64,000 nucleotides of DNA from Histomonas meleagridis 2922-C6/04-290x (taxonomy: Eukaryota; Protista; Parabasalia), in assembly GCA_020184695.1 (NCBI GenBank), contig JAANOX010000104.1:1-64000 (forward strand), read 5' to 3'. Made by a program: the position numbers and the translations under genes. Shown here one piece after another: positions 54,812 to 64,000 of the stretch. Positions within the stretch are counted from its first letter, which is position 1; every line of letters starts with the position of its first letter. The notes beneath the pieces were generated by a model. It was not told where the DNA came from. It saw nothing but the letters and a program-made list of their open reading frames with translations, and did no database searches.

Positions 54812-57800
54812 TTAAAATATGAGATTAGCAGTTATTGGGTCAATTCTTCCCTTATATGGTTCATTTGATATCTTCTCCAAGTCACATTTCTCCAAGAACT
54901 TATTAATTGATTCGAAACATTTTTCTGTTCCTTCGATATCCTTCATTGCATTAATTAACTTCCCAATAACCGCTAACCGCTCTCTAAGTTCTTTTGACAG
55001 TTTTTTGGCACTTTTCGGATCCTTGTTTTTCAATGCATCGATAGCAACCGCCAATGGAGAAGGCAAACTGACAACCGACGATACAATGCTAATTAACCTT
55101 TGTGATTCTGTGCCCGATATTTCTTCTGCTCTCAAACCTCTATCGTCAACTTTTTCATATTCAAAATAAATTTCCACTTCATCAGATGCCACTTTTAAGT
55201 TTTTCAGTGCGTTATTGATGTAATCCTCCAAAACTTTGACAACTGCCACTTTTCCAGGTTTAAATTCTTCTATTGAAACTCCGTTATGATAATGAGGAAC
55301 ATTATCTTTAGTTTTAATGATTAAAGAATTTGTCTTCTCATTAATGGCGGATTTCTTATTGTCGAATTCTTCTATTTTACGTTTCAATTTAAATCGCTTC
55401 CAACAATGCGCATGTTCGTTGTTATTTACAACATTTTCTTCAATAGGTTCAACAGGTACAATACATATTCCAGGCTTAGAACATGCTGATGAGTGATTCT
55501 TACAAAAATGTAAATTCTTTATTTCGCTTTGATAAATTTTATGCGATTTAATAGAGTTAATGAATTTCTCATCGATTTCGTCTTCTGTTTCATTTTCATC
55601 TATAGATACATAATAGACATTACGTATTGGTCTAATTCCATGACGAAACTCGACCAAGTAAAACGCCAATGGTGTATAATGTGTCGAATTATTATGATTT
55701 GTATCTATAGATGAAAATATTCGCGATAATGTACTAAATGCTTCCAAGAATTCATTGTTATCAATGTTCAAATGTAGAAATGATAACTCTAATGATAACA
55801 AAGGTCTAATAGTATAATAAAGTCGAGTCTTTTCACCTAATTCGATTGCTGTTCTAATTTCGCCGATAAGGTTTTGAATGGTTAATTTTGACTGTAACAA
55901 TTTTGAGTACGCATTCACTTTTTCAAAGTTGATTTTAGTTTCCGATTGAATTTCAGGCAAAAACGAAAAATTGAATTCATTTTGGTGTCTGTATTCAATT
56001 AACGGGTTCATTATCGGCTGGAAAATTGTCAAATTTTGGCTGTTTAACGTCTTCTTTTGGTTATTATTATTATTATTATTTCTTAATATTGTTGATATTA
56101 AAGCCACGACATGAATTTGAGTAATGAAACAAGACACGTAATCATTATTTTCTTGGTTAATTTTGATGATTTTTCGTAACCATTTTAATCTTAAAATTGG
56201 AAATGTCTTAAATTCATCAGCGACTTTCATCGCATATTTACAAATAGTTTCGAAATCATTTTCAACATTTGATACTTTTTGGAATTCTTCAATAGTTTTT
56301 TTCGCTTGATTTGCAAGTTTAAGTTTATTGGATAATTCGGATAATACATTTTTGTCTTTCATAATGTTTAAGATGACATTAGAGAATTGATCAATTACAT
56401 TGATATAAACTGATGGTGACTTATGTAATATTATTGTTAGGAAGTCAATTGCATTTAATGAAAAGACATTAAATATTTCGGACTTATGTTGTTTGACTGT
56501 TTCTAATATGTTTTTCGCTGTTGATATAATAAAATCATTTGTTATGTTGTTACAAAAGGTCCTCAAGTCGGATTTCTCTGTGTGATATAACATAAATAAT
56601 ATAAATGATATGAATTTCGTGTTTTGTGGAATTATTAATGTTAATATTGGTAAAAGTGTTTTCGATATGATTTCGACTTTGATGTTCTTCGGATAATTTT
56701 TAATGTTTAAACAAATCCTTGTTAAAAATTCATTTAACTCGACAATAGTTTTGGAATCCTTCGAATTAATTATAAACGATATAATTTCAATAAACTTTTC
56801 AAAAAGTTTCGACTCAGAATTTTGTGTAGTCAAAGTGAGCGCAACGATAAAGTGCTTTGAATAGGAAAATACGTTCAAAAACGATATGTATAGCTTTGAA
56901 ATTTGATCGACGTAAAACTTCGATTTCAATGCAAGTAAACTGTCAAAAATCTCCGAAAACAATTGAAGAAACTCATTGATGTCAAATAAGTTCATGATCG
57001 TGAAGACAAAACTCGAACATCGTATCATGTTCTCATAAATTTCATCATAATTAGTTAACTTACCAACAATTAATTTGAACAATATCTTAATGAAATCAAT
57101 GACAATACGCTTTGAATAACTTCCTTTTTCATCAAAAATGGATACAGTTAGAATGTCAAAAAACACCGGCATGACAAACAAAAGTTTTTTCGAATTAAAA
57201 TCATTTTCATTTTCATTCTGGGCTCGTAATAAGTCTCCAATGACTCCATAGATTCTATTACACAAATGCATTGTTAGCGAAGTCGATTGTACTGCGGTTG
57301 GATAAAATATGTTAAATGCCCATTTGGAGATAAAATCTAAAACGAATTTATCGTTTTGTTGTGATTTGCTTATGTTATATATGAACGTAATTAAGTTTTC
57401 TAAATAGTTTTTGTTAAGATTTGATAATACATTTGCCAAAATTGGTAATATTTGTTTCCACCCCATTTTGTTTGGTATATTCAGAATGGTGTCCTCAGAC
57501 ATTTGCAGTAAAATTTCGGGTACATAAAATGTTTTTGGAAATTTGAAATTGCATTTGAAATATGTATCTTTCGGTTGATGTTTAGTATTGACTTTTAAGT
57601 AATCTTTGGGTATGTTTTTGGGGTCGTATAACGTAAATATTCCTTCTTTTTTGGGTGTGTTCAATGGAATGAATCCATATTTGTAAATTGTCGTTTCTTC
57701 TTTTTCGTTATTATATAGGTATAACGCAATGATTAAGTGCGCATCTTGTGGGTATTGACCATTAGAATAGATACGTATTATATCTGGAAACAAAATATTA

Positions 57801-58837
57801 ACAAATGATGATTGAGAAAATGATGTATAACTATTCCGTAATTCATGTCGTGGGCCAATTATGCTTTGTAACCCATTAATTGTTGTGCCTTTTGTTATTT
57901 TTATTTGCTCAGTTAAGTAATATGCCTTAAAAAAGAGCTGCGAGTTTTTTGGCGCCGATTCAATTGAAAAGAAGAAATTATAAACGGAAATAACCGGCGA
58001 TATTGTTGATTCGAGATTAACAAATGTCAGAGGATCTTCTCCTGTTGACATGTATGACCATTTAGGGCCTTTAGAATCAATGGAAATATTAACTTTGGAT
58101 GTGACATCTAAATATGTACAATTAGAATTATACTTGATGGAATTTAAAAGACCGGAATTATAATCATAGCCTGAGACACTGGCCCATGATTTCTTTTTTC
58201 CATTACATTCAAAGTTTGTAGGTAACTTGAAGTTTTTTTCTTTGCTATATATATTAATTGAGGCTACAGCAAAAACTATTTTGCCAACATTCTTAACTAA
58301 CTTAGAAAGAAAACATGTAATGCCAATCGATGGGCTCTTGTTATAGACCATATAGATACCTTCATTTGAATTTGGTCGAAATATACATTTGCCACCAGAC
58401 GCAATTTCAAAATAAACAGGCTCACTTACTGGACGCATTTTTTCAAAGTCATATTGAATTAGAAAACCACCATAAATTTCATCAGCCGCAGTTTGTGGAA
58501 TATTTATTGTTAAATCAGAAATTTTGACTTTTTCTCCTTCCCACGGTGAACATGGTATAATTGGGTTGTAATTTTTTTTCATGTTTTTTTGAAATAATTC
58601 TGAAACAATGGTAAAATTATCTTTTTCTTTCTGCTCTTCTTCTTCCTTTAATTGGTTCACTCTATATTGATACTTTTTAGGATTTTCTGTAAATGCACCT
58701 TTAGCGTATTGTGAATTTGCGTTTAAATGATCGGGAGTTAATTTCACTGTATAATCTGATTCTTGTTTTGGTATTCTAATCAGCCCATCCTCGTTTTGAA
58801 GCGCAGCGAATTCTTCTTCCACCGGGTTAGCTGACAT
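54812..58837 (-). CDS. DOCK-family (DHR-1/DHR-2) Rho-GEF-like protein
   Basis: C2/DHR-1-like FPDIIRI..AHLIIALY..YGFIPL. DHR-2 VADEFKTFPILRLKWL..IHVVALI and VVSLPSPLAVA. Confidence 0.8.
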   Translation of the reverse strand: MSANPVEEEFAALQNEDGLIRIPKQESDYTVKLTPDHLNANSQYAKGAFTENPKKYQYRVNQLKEEEEQKEKDNFTIVSELFQKNMKKNYNPIIPCSPWEGEKVKISDLTINIPQTAADEIYGGFLIQYDFEKMRPVSEPVYFEIASGGKCIFRPNSNEGIYMVYNKSPSIGITCFLSKLVKNVGKIVFAVASINIYSKEKNFKLPTNFECNGKKKSWASVSGYDYNSGLLNSIKYNSNCTYLDVTSKVNISIDSKGPKWSYMSTGEDPLTFVNLESTISPVISVYNFFFSIESAPKNSQLFFKAYYLTEQIKITKGTTINGLQSIIGPRHELRNSYTSFSQSSFVNILFPDIIRIYSNGQYPQDAHLIIALYLYNNEKEETTIYKYGFIPLNTPKKEGIFTLYDPKNIPKDYLKVNTKHQPKDTYFKCNFKFPKTFYVPEILLQMSEDTILNIPNKMGWKQILPILANVLSNLNKNYLENLITFIYNISKSQQNDKFVLDFISKWAFNIFYPTAVQSTSLTMHLCNRIYGVIGDLLRAQNENENDFNSKKLLFVMPVFFDILTVSIFDEKGSYSKRIVIDFIKILFKLIVGKLTNYDEIYENMIRCSSFVFTIMNLFDINEFLQLFSEIFDSLLALKSKFYVDQISKLYISFLNVFSYSKHFIVALTLTTQNSESKLFEKFIEIISFIINSKDSKTIVELNEFLTRICLNIKNYPKNIKVEIISKTLLPILTLIIPQNTKFISFILFMLYHTEKSDLRTFCNNITNDFIISTAKNILETVKQHKSEIFNVFSLNAIDFLTIILHKSPSVYINVIDQFSNVILNIMKDKNVLSELSNKLKLANQAKKTIEEFQKVSNVENDFETICKYAMKVADEFKTFPILRLKWLRKIIKINQENNDYVSCFITQIHVVALISTILRNNNNNNNQKKTLNSQNLTIFQPIMNPLIEYRHQNEFNFSFLPEIQSETKINFEKVNAYSKLLQSKLTIQNLIGEIRTAIELGEKTRLYYTIRPLLSLELSFLHLNIDNNEFLEAFSTLSRIFSSIDTNHNNSTHYTPLAFYLVEFRHGIRPIRNVYYVSIDENETEDEIDEKFINSIKSHKIYQSEIKNLHFCKNHSSACSKPGICIVPVEPIEENVVNNNEHAHCWKRFKLKRKIEEFDNKKSAINEKTNSLIIKTKDNVPHYHNGVSIEEFKPGKVAVVKVLEDYINNALKNLKVASDEVEIYFEYEKVDDRGLRAEEISGTESQRLISIVSSVVSLPSPLAVAIDALKNKDPKSAKKLSKELRERLAVIGKLINAMKDIEGTEKCFESINKFLEKCDLEKISNEPYKGRIDPITANLIF

Positions 58838-59291
58838 ATGTTTAACTTAGGTTTTTCAATTGAATGAATTCAGAGACACATTGATTTCTGAAATGTTTTA
58901 ATCTCATTTTTTCATAGTTCCGGCAGTGATTTTTAAGAAGATATAGCGGTTAAAGTCGCTGACTAAAATTAAAATATCTCATTATTTAATAATTTCTAAT
59001 CGATTTTCATATGAAGATAAGATTGAATAAACTAAGCAAAGAAAAATTAAATTAAAAATTAGAAATTGATTATTAACATTAAATCATATTTTTGGTTTTT
59101 AAAGAAGACAAATTGTACATAAAGAAACAATGTACTAAAAAGAAAGTACAGACTCTATTTTAGACGTATTATTAATATTTTTTACAGATCAGAAATTAAA
59201 ATTTCAATTTCATTAAAAAAAATTTTTTTAATTAAAAAATATCACAAAAAATGTTATGCAAAATAAAAATTAAAATGAAATGTTATCAACT

Positions 59292-60155
59292 TTAATTTGC
59301 TTTGTCACTAAGAATTCCCATCAAAATTGGTGCGAGTTCAAGCATTTTGTTGATAATAGCGGAATCCTCCATGAACTTTCCATCCATTGTAGCTGCTGTA
59401 ACGCTTATTGCAGCACTTCTAATGTTCTTATCAGTAGCACGTAAACTTGTCCAAAGGAGTGGATAAACATCCATTTCAAGAGATGAGATTGGCCCTGCTT
59501 CTTCTTGGACACGAGAAAGAAGGTTTTTGTTCTTGAAATCGAAACATCCGACACCACCACTTTCGAGTGTTGGAGCTGAAACACCATGGCAGAAAGAGGG
59601 GCATGACAAGGCCCTACCTTCCTTGCTTTTAATATTTGCTTCCTTTAATTTTGCGTCGATATCTGAAACAAGTTCAGCATTAGCTGGAACTGGATTCTTG
59701 AAAATATGGAATGGGCAATCGCTTTCACTGAAGTTTTCATAATCAATCTCAGCTGCAACAGCATCTTTGATAACAATGACTTCACCAAGTTCAGCATCAA
59801 TATTTGTAGCTTCACCAAGTTCAATGAATTCAAGTGGACCTTTGGTAATTCTTCTAAGTTCACGGAGTAAGAAATCTATCATTGCAAAACCAATGCCAAA
59901 ACCAACAACAGATATTCTCTTTCCTTTAAAAAGACCTGTATATGTGAGATATCCACGATTAGATTCTCTACGAAATACTGGTTCGGTTTTATCAAAGAGC
60001 TTGGAGATTTCTTCAGCAAGTTGATAACTACTGACAATAAGAATATGATTAGCAACTTCGCCTTCCTTGCAGCCAAAGTGATAAGTACGACCTTCGTCAT
60101 CAAGTGGGATGGTGTTTCCACCAGTGCAACTTCCTACGTGATCGAGTGTAGTCAT
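59292..60155 (-). CDS. Uridine/purine nucleoside phosphorylase-fold protein (PNP_UDP_1), divergent active site
   Basis: DDEGRTYH..GEVAN, SNRGYLTYTG.FKG..ISVVGFGIG..MIDF..REL, SCPSF, LEMD. Confidence 0.85.
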   Translation of the reverse strand: MTTLDHVGSCTGGNTIPLDDEGRTYHFGCKEGEVANHILIVSSYQLAEEISKLFDKTEPVFRRESNRGYLTYTGLFKGKRISVVGFGIGFAMIDFLLRELRRITKGPLEFIELGEATNIDAELGEVIVIKDAVAAEIDYENFSESDCPFHIFKNPVPANAELVSDIDAKLKEANIKSKEGRALSCPSFCHGVSAPTLESGGVGCFDFKNKNLLSRVQEEAGPISSLEMDVYPLLWTSLRATDKNIRSAAISVTAATMDGKFMEDSAIINKMLELAPILMGILSDKAN

Positions 60156-60673
60156 CTAAAACGATTGACAAGTTCATCGTTCTCGCTTCAATAGTTTATC
60201 CATTCAAACCGAAACTATTAAAAACGTTAACCATATCATCTAATAAACCTTCAAAACCAATTAAATATCAATATATTCTTGAATACAGAAATATTACAAT
60301 ATATCGAACATTATTTTAAAATCATTAAAGATTTTGGGTTAGTAAGAAAAGACTTTTTAATTTTGATGCAAAAATAATTATTTTGAAAGTTAAATAAAGT
60401 AAAGATTTTGCTGCAAGGGGAAAATATCTATTCTCAATTAATCATGAAGGAAATGGAAAAATGATGCTATAAATTTGTAACAGGTTACCTAGCCATAATA
60501 AATGTTTTTCTCATGAAAAAAACTCATCATAATAAAAAAGTATTTTTTTCATTTTTGTTAATTTTTATGAATGTTTCATAGCACGTGAAATGTTTTAATA
60601 TTTTATAAACTCATTGTATTTAAAGATTTTTCGAATGGATCAACTTGAGATTAAAAAACATCGAATAAATAAC

Positions 60674-60757
60674 TTTAATACTAGTATCAATTCCTTTTTG
60701 TTCAAGAAGTATATAAACTATTTCTATAGAATGAGCTGAAGATGCTTCAATAACAAA
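60674..60757 (-). pseudogene. Isolated single ankyrin-unit remnant
   Basis: FVIEASSAHSIEIVYILLEQKGIDTSIK; same cttcttgaacaa..ggaattgat core. Confidence 0.55.
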
Positions 60758-61215
60758 TGAATAATTTTTTTATTTATGGCGACTGCTTTCTGATGTAAAA
60801 CGTAATCTACAATCTATTGATCAATATTTCCTCATTCAGTTGAAATCACCGATATATCATTCAGAATTGATAAACCTTTTAGCACCAATCACAAATAAAT
60901 ATTTAATTGATCCTATACTATATAATCAATAAATGTAACATTGTTAAGTCCGTCATTAACAAATGTAAAATATTTCAAGTGATGGTATAACAAATTGAAT
61001 AAAATTATTAATATTTTGTGATGCTATATATTGCGTTTTTCTGTATCATCATTTCAAATTATTTGGCTTATGTCTTTTCCTAATGAAGACAATTATCCTA
61101 AATTCCATTTAAAGAAAAGTACCATTTATTTAATTAAAATTTATTTTCAAATCCAAGCTTGGATTGTTATTAAAACTAAATAATGAAAGAAAAATTTAAA
61201 ACACAATTTTTCTAT

Positions 61216-62325
61216 TTATTCGATTTTTATTTGTCTTTTTAATTCACACGCCAATTTTTCGTCAACTTCAGGATTATGGTCGATACTAAACTGAACGATA
61301 TTATTATTTAACTTCAGCATATCCCTCAAAGCGAATGCTCCGTTTTCAGTGATTAAGTTTTCGTCCAAAATTAATGAAGTCACAACGTTGTTTCCCGGGA
61401 TTACTCTTTTCCCACCATTTATCATAATGCAATTATTCCATTTCGCCATAATTATCGGCTTTACAGGTGCTGCCGGATCGAAATTTAATTGTCGTTCAAC
61501 GTTTTGTTTTACGTTTCGTGTTTTTTTTGTTGGCGTTTTAACTTGTTGTCTTTTCGGAGCATTTTTTTGTCCTTTTTTCCGTTTTATAAGTCCTCCGCCT
61601 TCATCAGAGATTTTTTGTTTGTTTTCTTCATTGATAAGTTGCTCAACTATTAAAGTTTCTTGTTCATTTAACTCATAATGCGATAATGACGCAGCTAAAT
61701 ATTTTGCGCCTTCATCGCCAATGCGATTACGTGATAATGAAATACATCGTAGTGTGGTGTTAAAAAATAAACAATTGGAAAGTGAAATGGCGCCAACGTC
61801 GCCAATGTTACATCCGTATAAATTGAGGACTTTAATGGTAGATGTCGTAAGTGAATTAAAAAATAAGTTAAGAGAGGGTGGATATGGAGACGTAAGTTCA
61901 TGTGTAATGTAATTATATGGAGTTAAACATTGATTTCCGCATAATGAAAGGATATCAAGCGTGGGTGATGAAAGTAAGGGTATTAAAAATTCTCTTTGTA
62001 TTTGGGTATAATCTAATACTAAATGTGGCGTGGTTATTTTTAGGAGTAACTTGGGAAAATTTGGATCCATAATATAACAGGAATATAAGATTATCTGTTG
62101 TAATTTTTGACACTTCTGAAAAACGCGGATAAGAACCTTGCACAAAATTGGAGTTAGCGTGATATTTACGAGGCGAATAATTGTTTCTGATGTGTTGAGA
62201 TATTTGAGAATTTGATTGATGACTTCTTCATCTTGAAAATTATAAACTTTACATGATTGTTGAAATTCTGCAACAATTGGATTTATATCTTTTTTTTGCT
62301 GTGTCGCTCCTTTTCTTGGAGGCAT
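61216..62325 (-). CDS. RNI-like leucine-rich repeat protein (LRRC71-like)
   Basis: LNLYGCNIGDVGA, ISLSRNRIGDEGAKYLA, basic insert, GNNVVTSLILDENLITENG. ATG at 62325. Confidence 0.8.
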   Translation of the reverse strand: MPPRKGATQQKKDINPIVAEFQQSCKVYNFQDEEVINQILKYLNTSETIIRLVNITLTPILCKVLIRVFQKCQKLQQIILYSCYIMDPNFPKLLLKITTPHLVLDYTQIQREFLIPLLSSPTLDILSLCGNQCLTPYNYITHELTSPYPPSLNLFFNSLTTSTIKVLNLYGCNIGDVGAISLSNCLFFNTTLRCISLSRNRIGDEGAKYLAASLSHYELNEQETLIVEQLINEENKQKISDEGGGLIKRKKGQKNAPKRQQVKTPTKKTRNVKQNVERQLNFDPAAPVKPIIMAKWNNCIMINGGKRVIPGNNVVTSLILDENLITENGAFALRDMLKLNNNIVQFSIDHNPEVDEKLACELKRQIKIE

Positions 62326-63278
62326 CTGCAAAAAACGTTTTTTTAACGTGCGACATTATCAATTGCAATTGAATATTCTCATAGAATATGTTGAATGATT
62401 CTAGATATGCCACTTTTTAATTTCATCATGGTGTTTTTGAAATCTAATTAATTAATCTTATTTCATCTGTTTGAATACCACATACTTGATACCTCAAAAT
62501 CAAATTTGATTTATAAAATATTTAATTTTGTTATTATCTAAACTAATCATGTTAATTCCTTACAATAATATTGATTTTTTATTAAAAATATTATTTAATA
62601 TTTGAAAAATATATTCTGGATCATTTGAAATTCATAATTTACTAGATTAATCATCCTATGAACATTATTTGCGCCTTAAATTTTTCTTATTATAATAAAA
62701 TCTTCACACATTATCATATAATAATCTTTGTTTTTCATTAGAATGTTTAATTATTATTATTTCTTACTACTAATTTCTTAATATAATTTTAATATCTACG
62801 TTATATTTTGAGGTAGATATGTTGCAATTTATAATGTCTCATTTAAATTTTTTTATTTGATCTAATAAAGAGTGTATCTGCAAATACAAAAAATACAATA
62901 TGTAAATGATTTAACTACTAATGTATTCTTGCATCAAATTCTTTAGAAATGAAATCAATGATATTCATGTATCTATAAATTTAAATTTTGCAAATTGCAA
63001 TATTTTAAAATTCCATTGAAGTTTTTTATTAATATTTCTGTTATAAATATAAAAGCACCTAAATGAATTACTGGCGAACACATTTTATATAATATGATTA
63101 TGAACGATAATCACTGAATCTTAATTAATTGCAATCAGCGTACAATGCATTCAACACGATTAGCCGAACAATTTTTGTTAATTCAATTTTATATGGATGA
63201 ACAATTTTGACTAAAATTGATTCAAAAAATTGAAAGATATCAGTCATTGAAAAGTAACTGCTCGAAGAAACAATCACC

Positions 63279-63284
63279 TCATTT
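63279..63284 (+). promoter_or_regulatory. Trichomonad initiator (Inr) element TCATTT
   Basis: Matches TCAYTW, 6 nt upstream of ATG 63291. Confidence 0.5.
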
Positions 63285-63290
63285 CTTTAT

Positions 63291-63935
63291 ATGAAAGTTG
63301 TTGTTATTGGTGCTACTGGTTTCATTGGTGCTAAGATATTCGAAGAAGCTGCTCTAAGAGGATATGATGTCGTAGCTATTAGCAGAAATCCACCTAAAGA
63401 ATTACCAAAAGGAAAATGTTCACATGCATCAGTAGATATTTTTAATTTACAAGAACTTGAAAAAGCATTAAAAGGAGCAGATATTGTTATTCATGCTTAC
63501 TGTCCACCAAAAGATTCTACATTTGAAAAAATGGAAGAACTTCAAGTTAATGCCACAAAGAATATAATTGAGGCAGCCAAAAAAGTTGGAGCACGTCGTC
63601 TTCTTGCTGTTGGTGGTGCAGGAACACTTATAACAAATGGTGCTCGAAATATGGATTCACCAGGATTTCCGCCAGCTTATATGCCATTAGCTAATGCTAC
63701 TTCAAAAGTTCTTTCGCTTGTTTTGGAACAAAAAGATGTTCCAGGAACTGTATTATGCCCATCAATGGAAATTTATCCAGGCGAAAAACAAGGCAAATTC
63801 AGGCTAAGTGGCGATGAAACAATATTCAATGAGAAAGGTGAAAGCAAAATATCAAATTCTGATTATGCTGTAGCAATGATTGACGAAATAGCCAATGGTA
63901 ATTATATTGGAAAACGCTTCACAGTTGGATACTAA
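63291..63935 (+). CDS. NAD(P)-dependent oxidoreductase (YwnB/flavin-reductase-like atypical SDR), bacterial type
   Basis: IGATGFIG Rossmann motif, VGGAGTL, ISNSDYAVAMIDE, KRFTVGY C-terminus. Confidence 0.9.
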   Translation: MKVVVIGATGFIGAKIFEEAALRGYDVVAISRNPPKELPKGKCSHASVDIFNLQELEKALKGADIVIHAYCPPKDSTFEKMEELQVNATKNIIEAAKKVGARRLLAVGGAGTLITNGARNMDSPGFPPAYMPLANATSKVLSLVLEQKDVPGTVLCPSMEIYPGEKQGKFRLSGDETIFNEKGESKISNSDYAVAMIDEIANGNYIGKRFTVGY

Positions 63936-64000
63936 ACATCTAACTAATCATTTTATTTTTCTTTGATTTTTCTGAGCAAACATTATTGTATATATCAAAC

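Overview
Very AT-rich eukaryotic DNA, most consistent with a parabasalid protist (Tritrichomonas/Histomonas-like). Evidence: BspA-like LRR surface proteins, trichomonad-type ankyrin/DUF3447 genes, a Tom36/Tom46-like tail-anchored protein, Inr- and M3-like promoter motifs, and largely intron-free genes. No rRNA, CRISPR or intact transposase is visible. The ORF track uses GTG/TTG starts, so several real starts lie downstream. Housekeeping-type genes: M3 oligopeptidase, Tom36/46-like, NTF2, Rad9, Sec3, bromodomain-ET, Sel1, BRCT, small GTPase, kinase, MRH receptor, Rab3GAP-like, CAP-domain, GBP-like GTPase, HECT E3, DOCK GEF, nucleoside phosphorylase-like, LRR, NAD(P)-binding reductase and one tRNA-Met. 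They are interleaved with accessory tracts of BspA, ankyrin, glycosidase and Rab pseudogenes. The top observation is that every ankyrin-repeat junction is interrupted at the same codon by an insert of exactly 80 nt. There are nine complete copies at five loci. They shift the frame, share a covarying hairpin, and have no conserved frame-restoring GT-AG boundary, which suggests a non-canonical intron or bypass element. Other notable items: an 857-bp ectodomain-only homogenised tract between two BspA genes with different tails, two dead copies of a bacterial-type GH129-like glycosidase that acquired a membrane anchor, and a nucleoside phosphorylase homologue lacking its phosphate-binding arginines.
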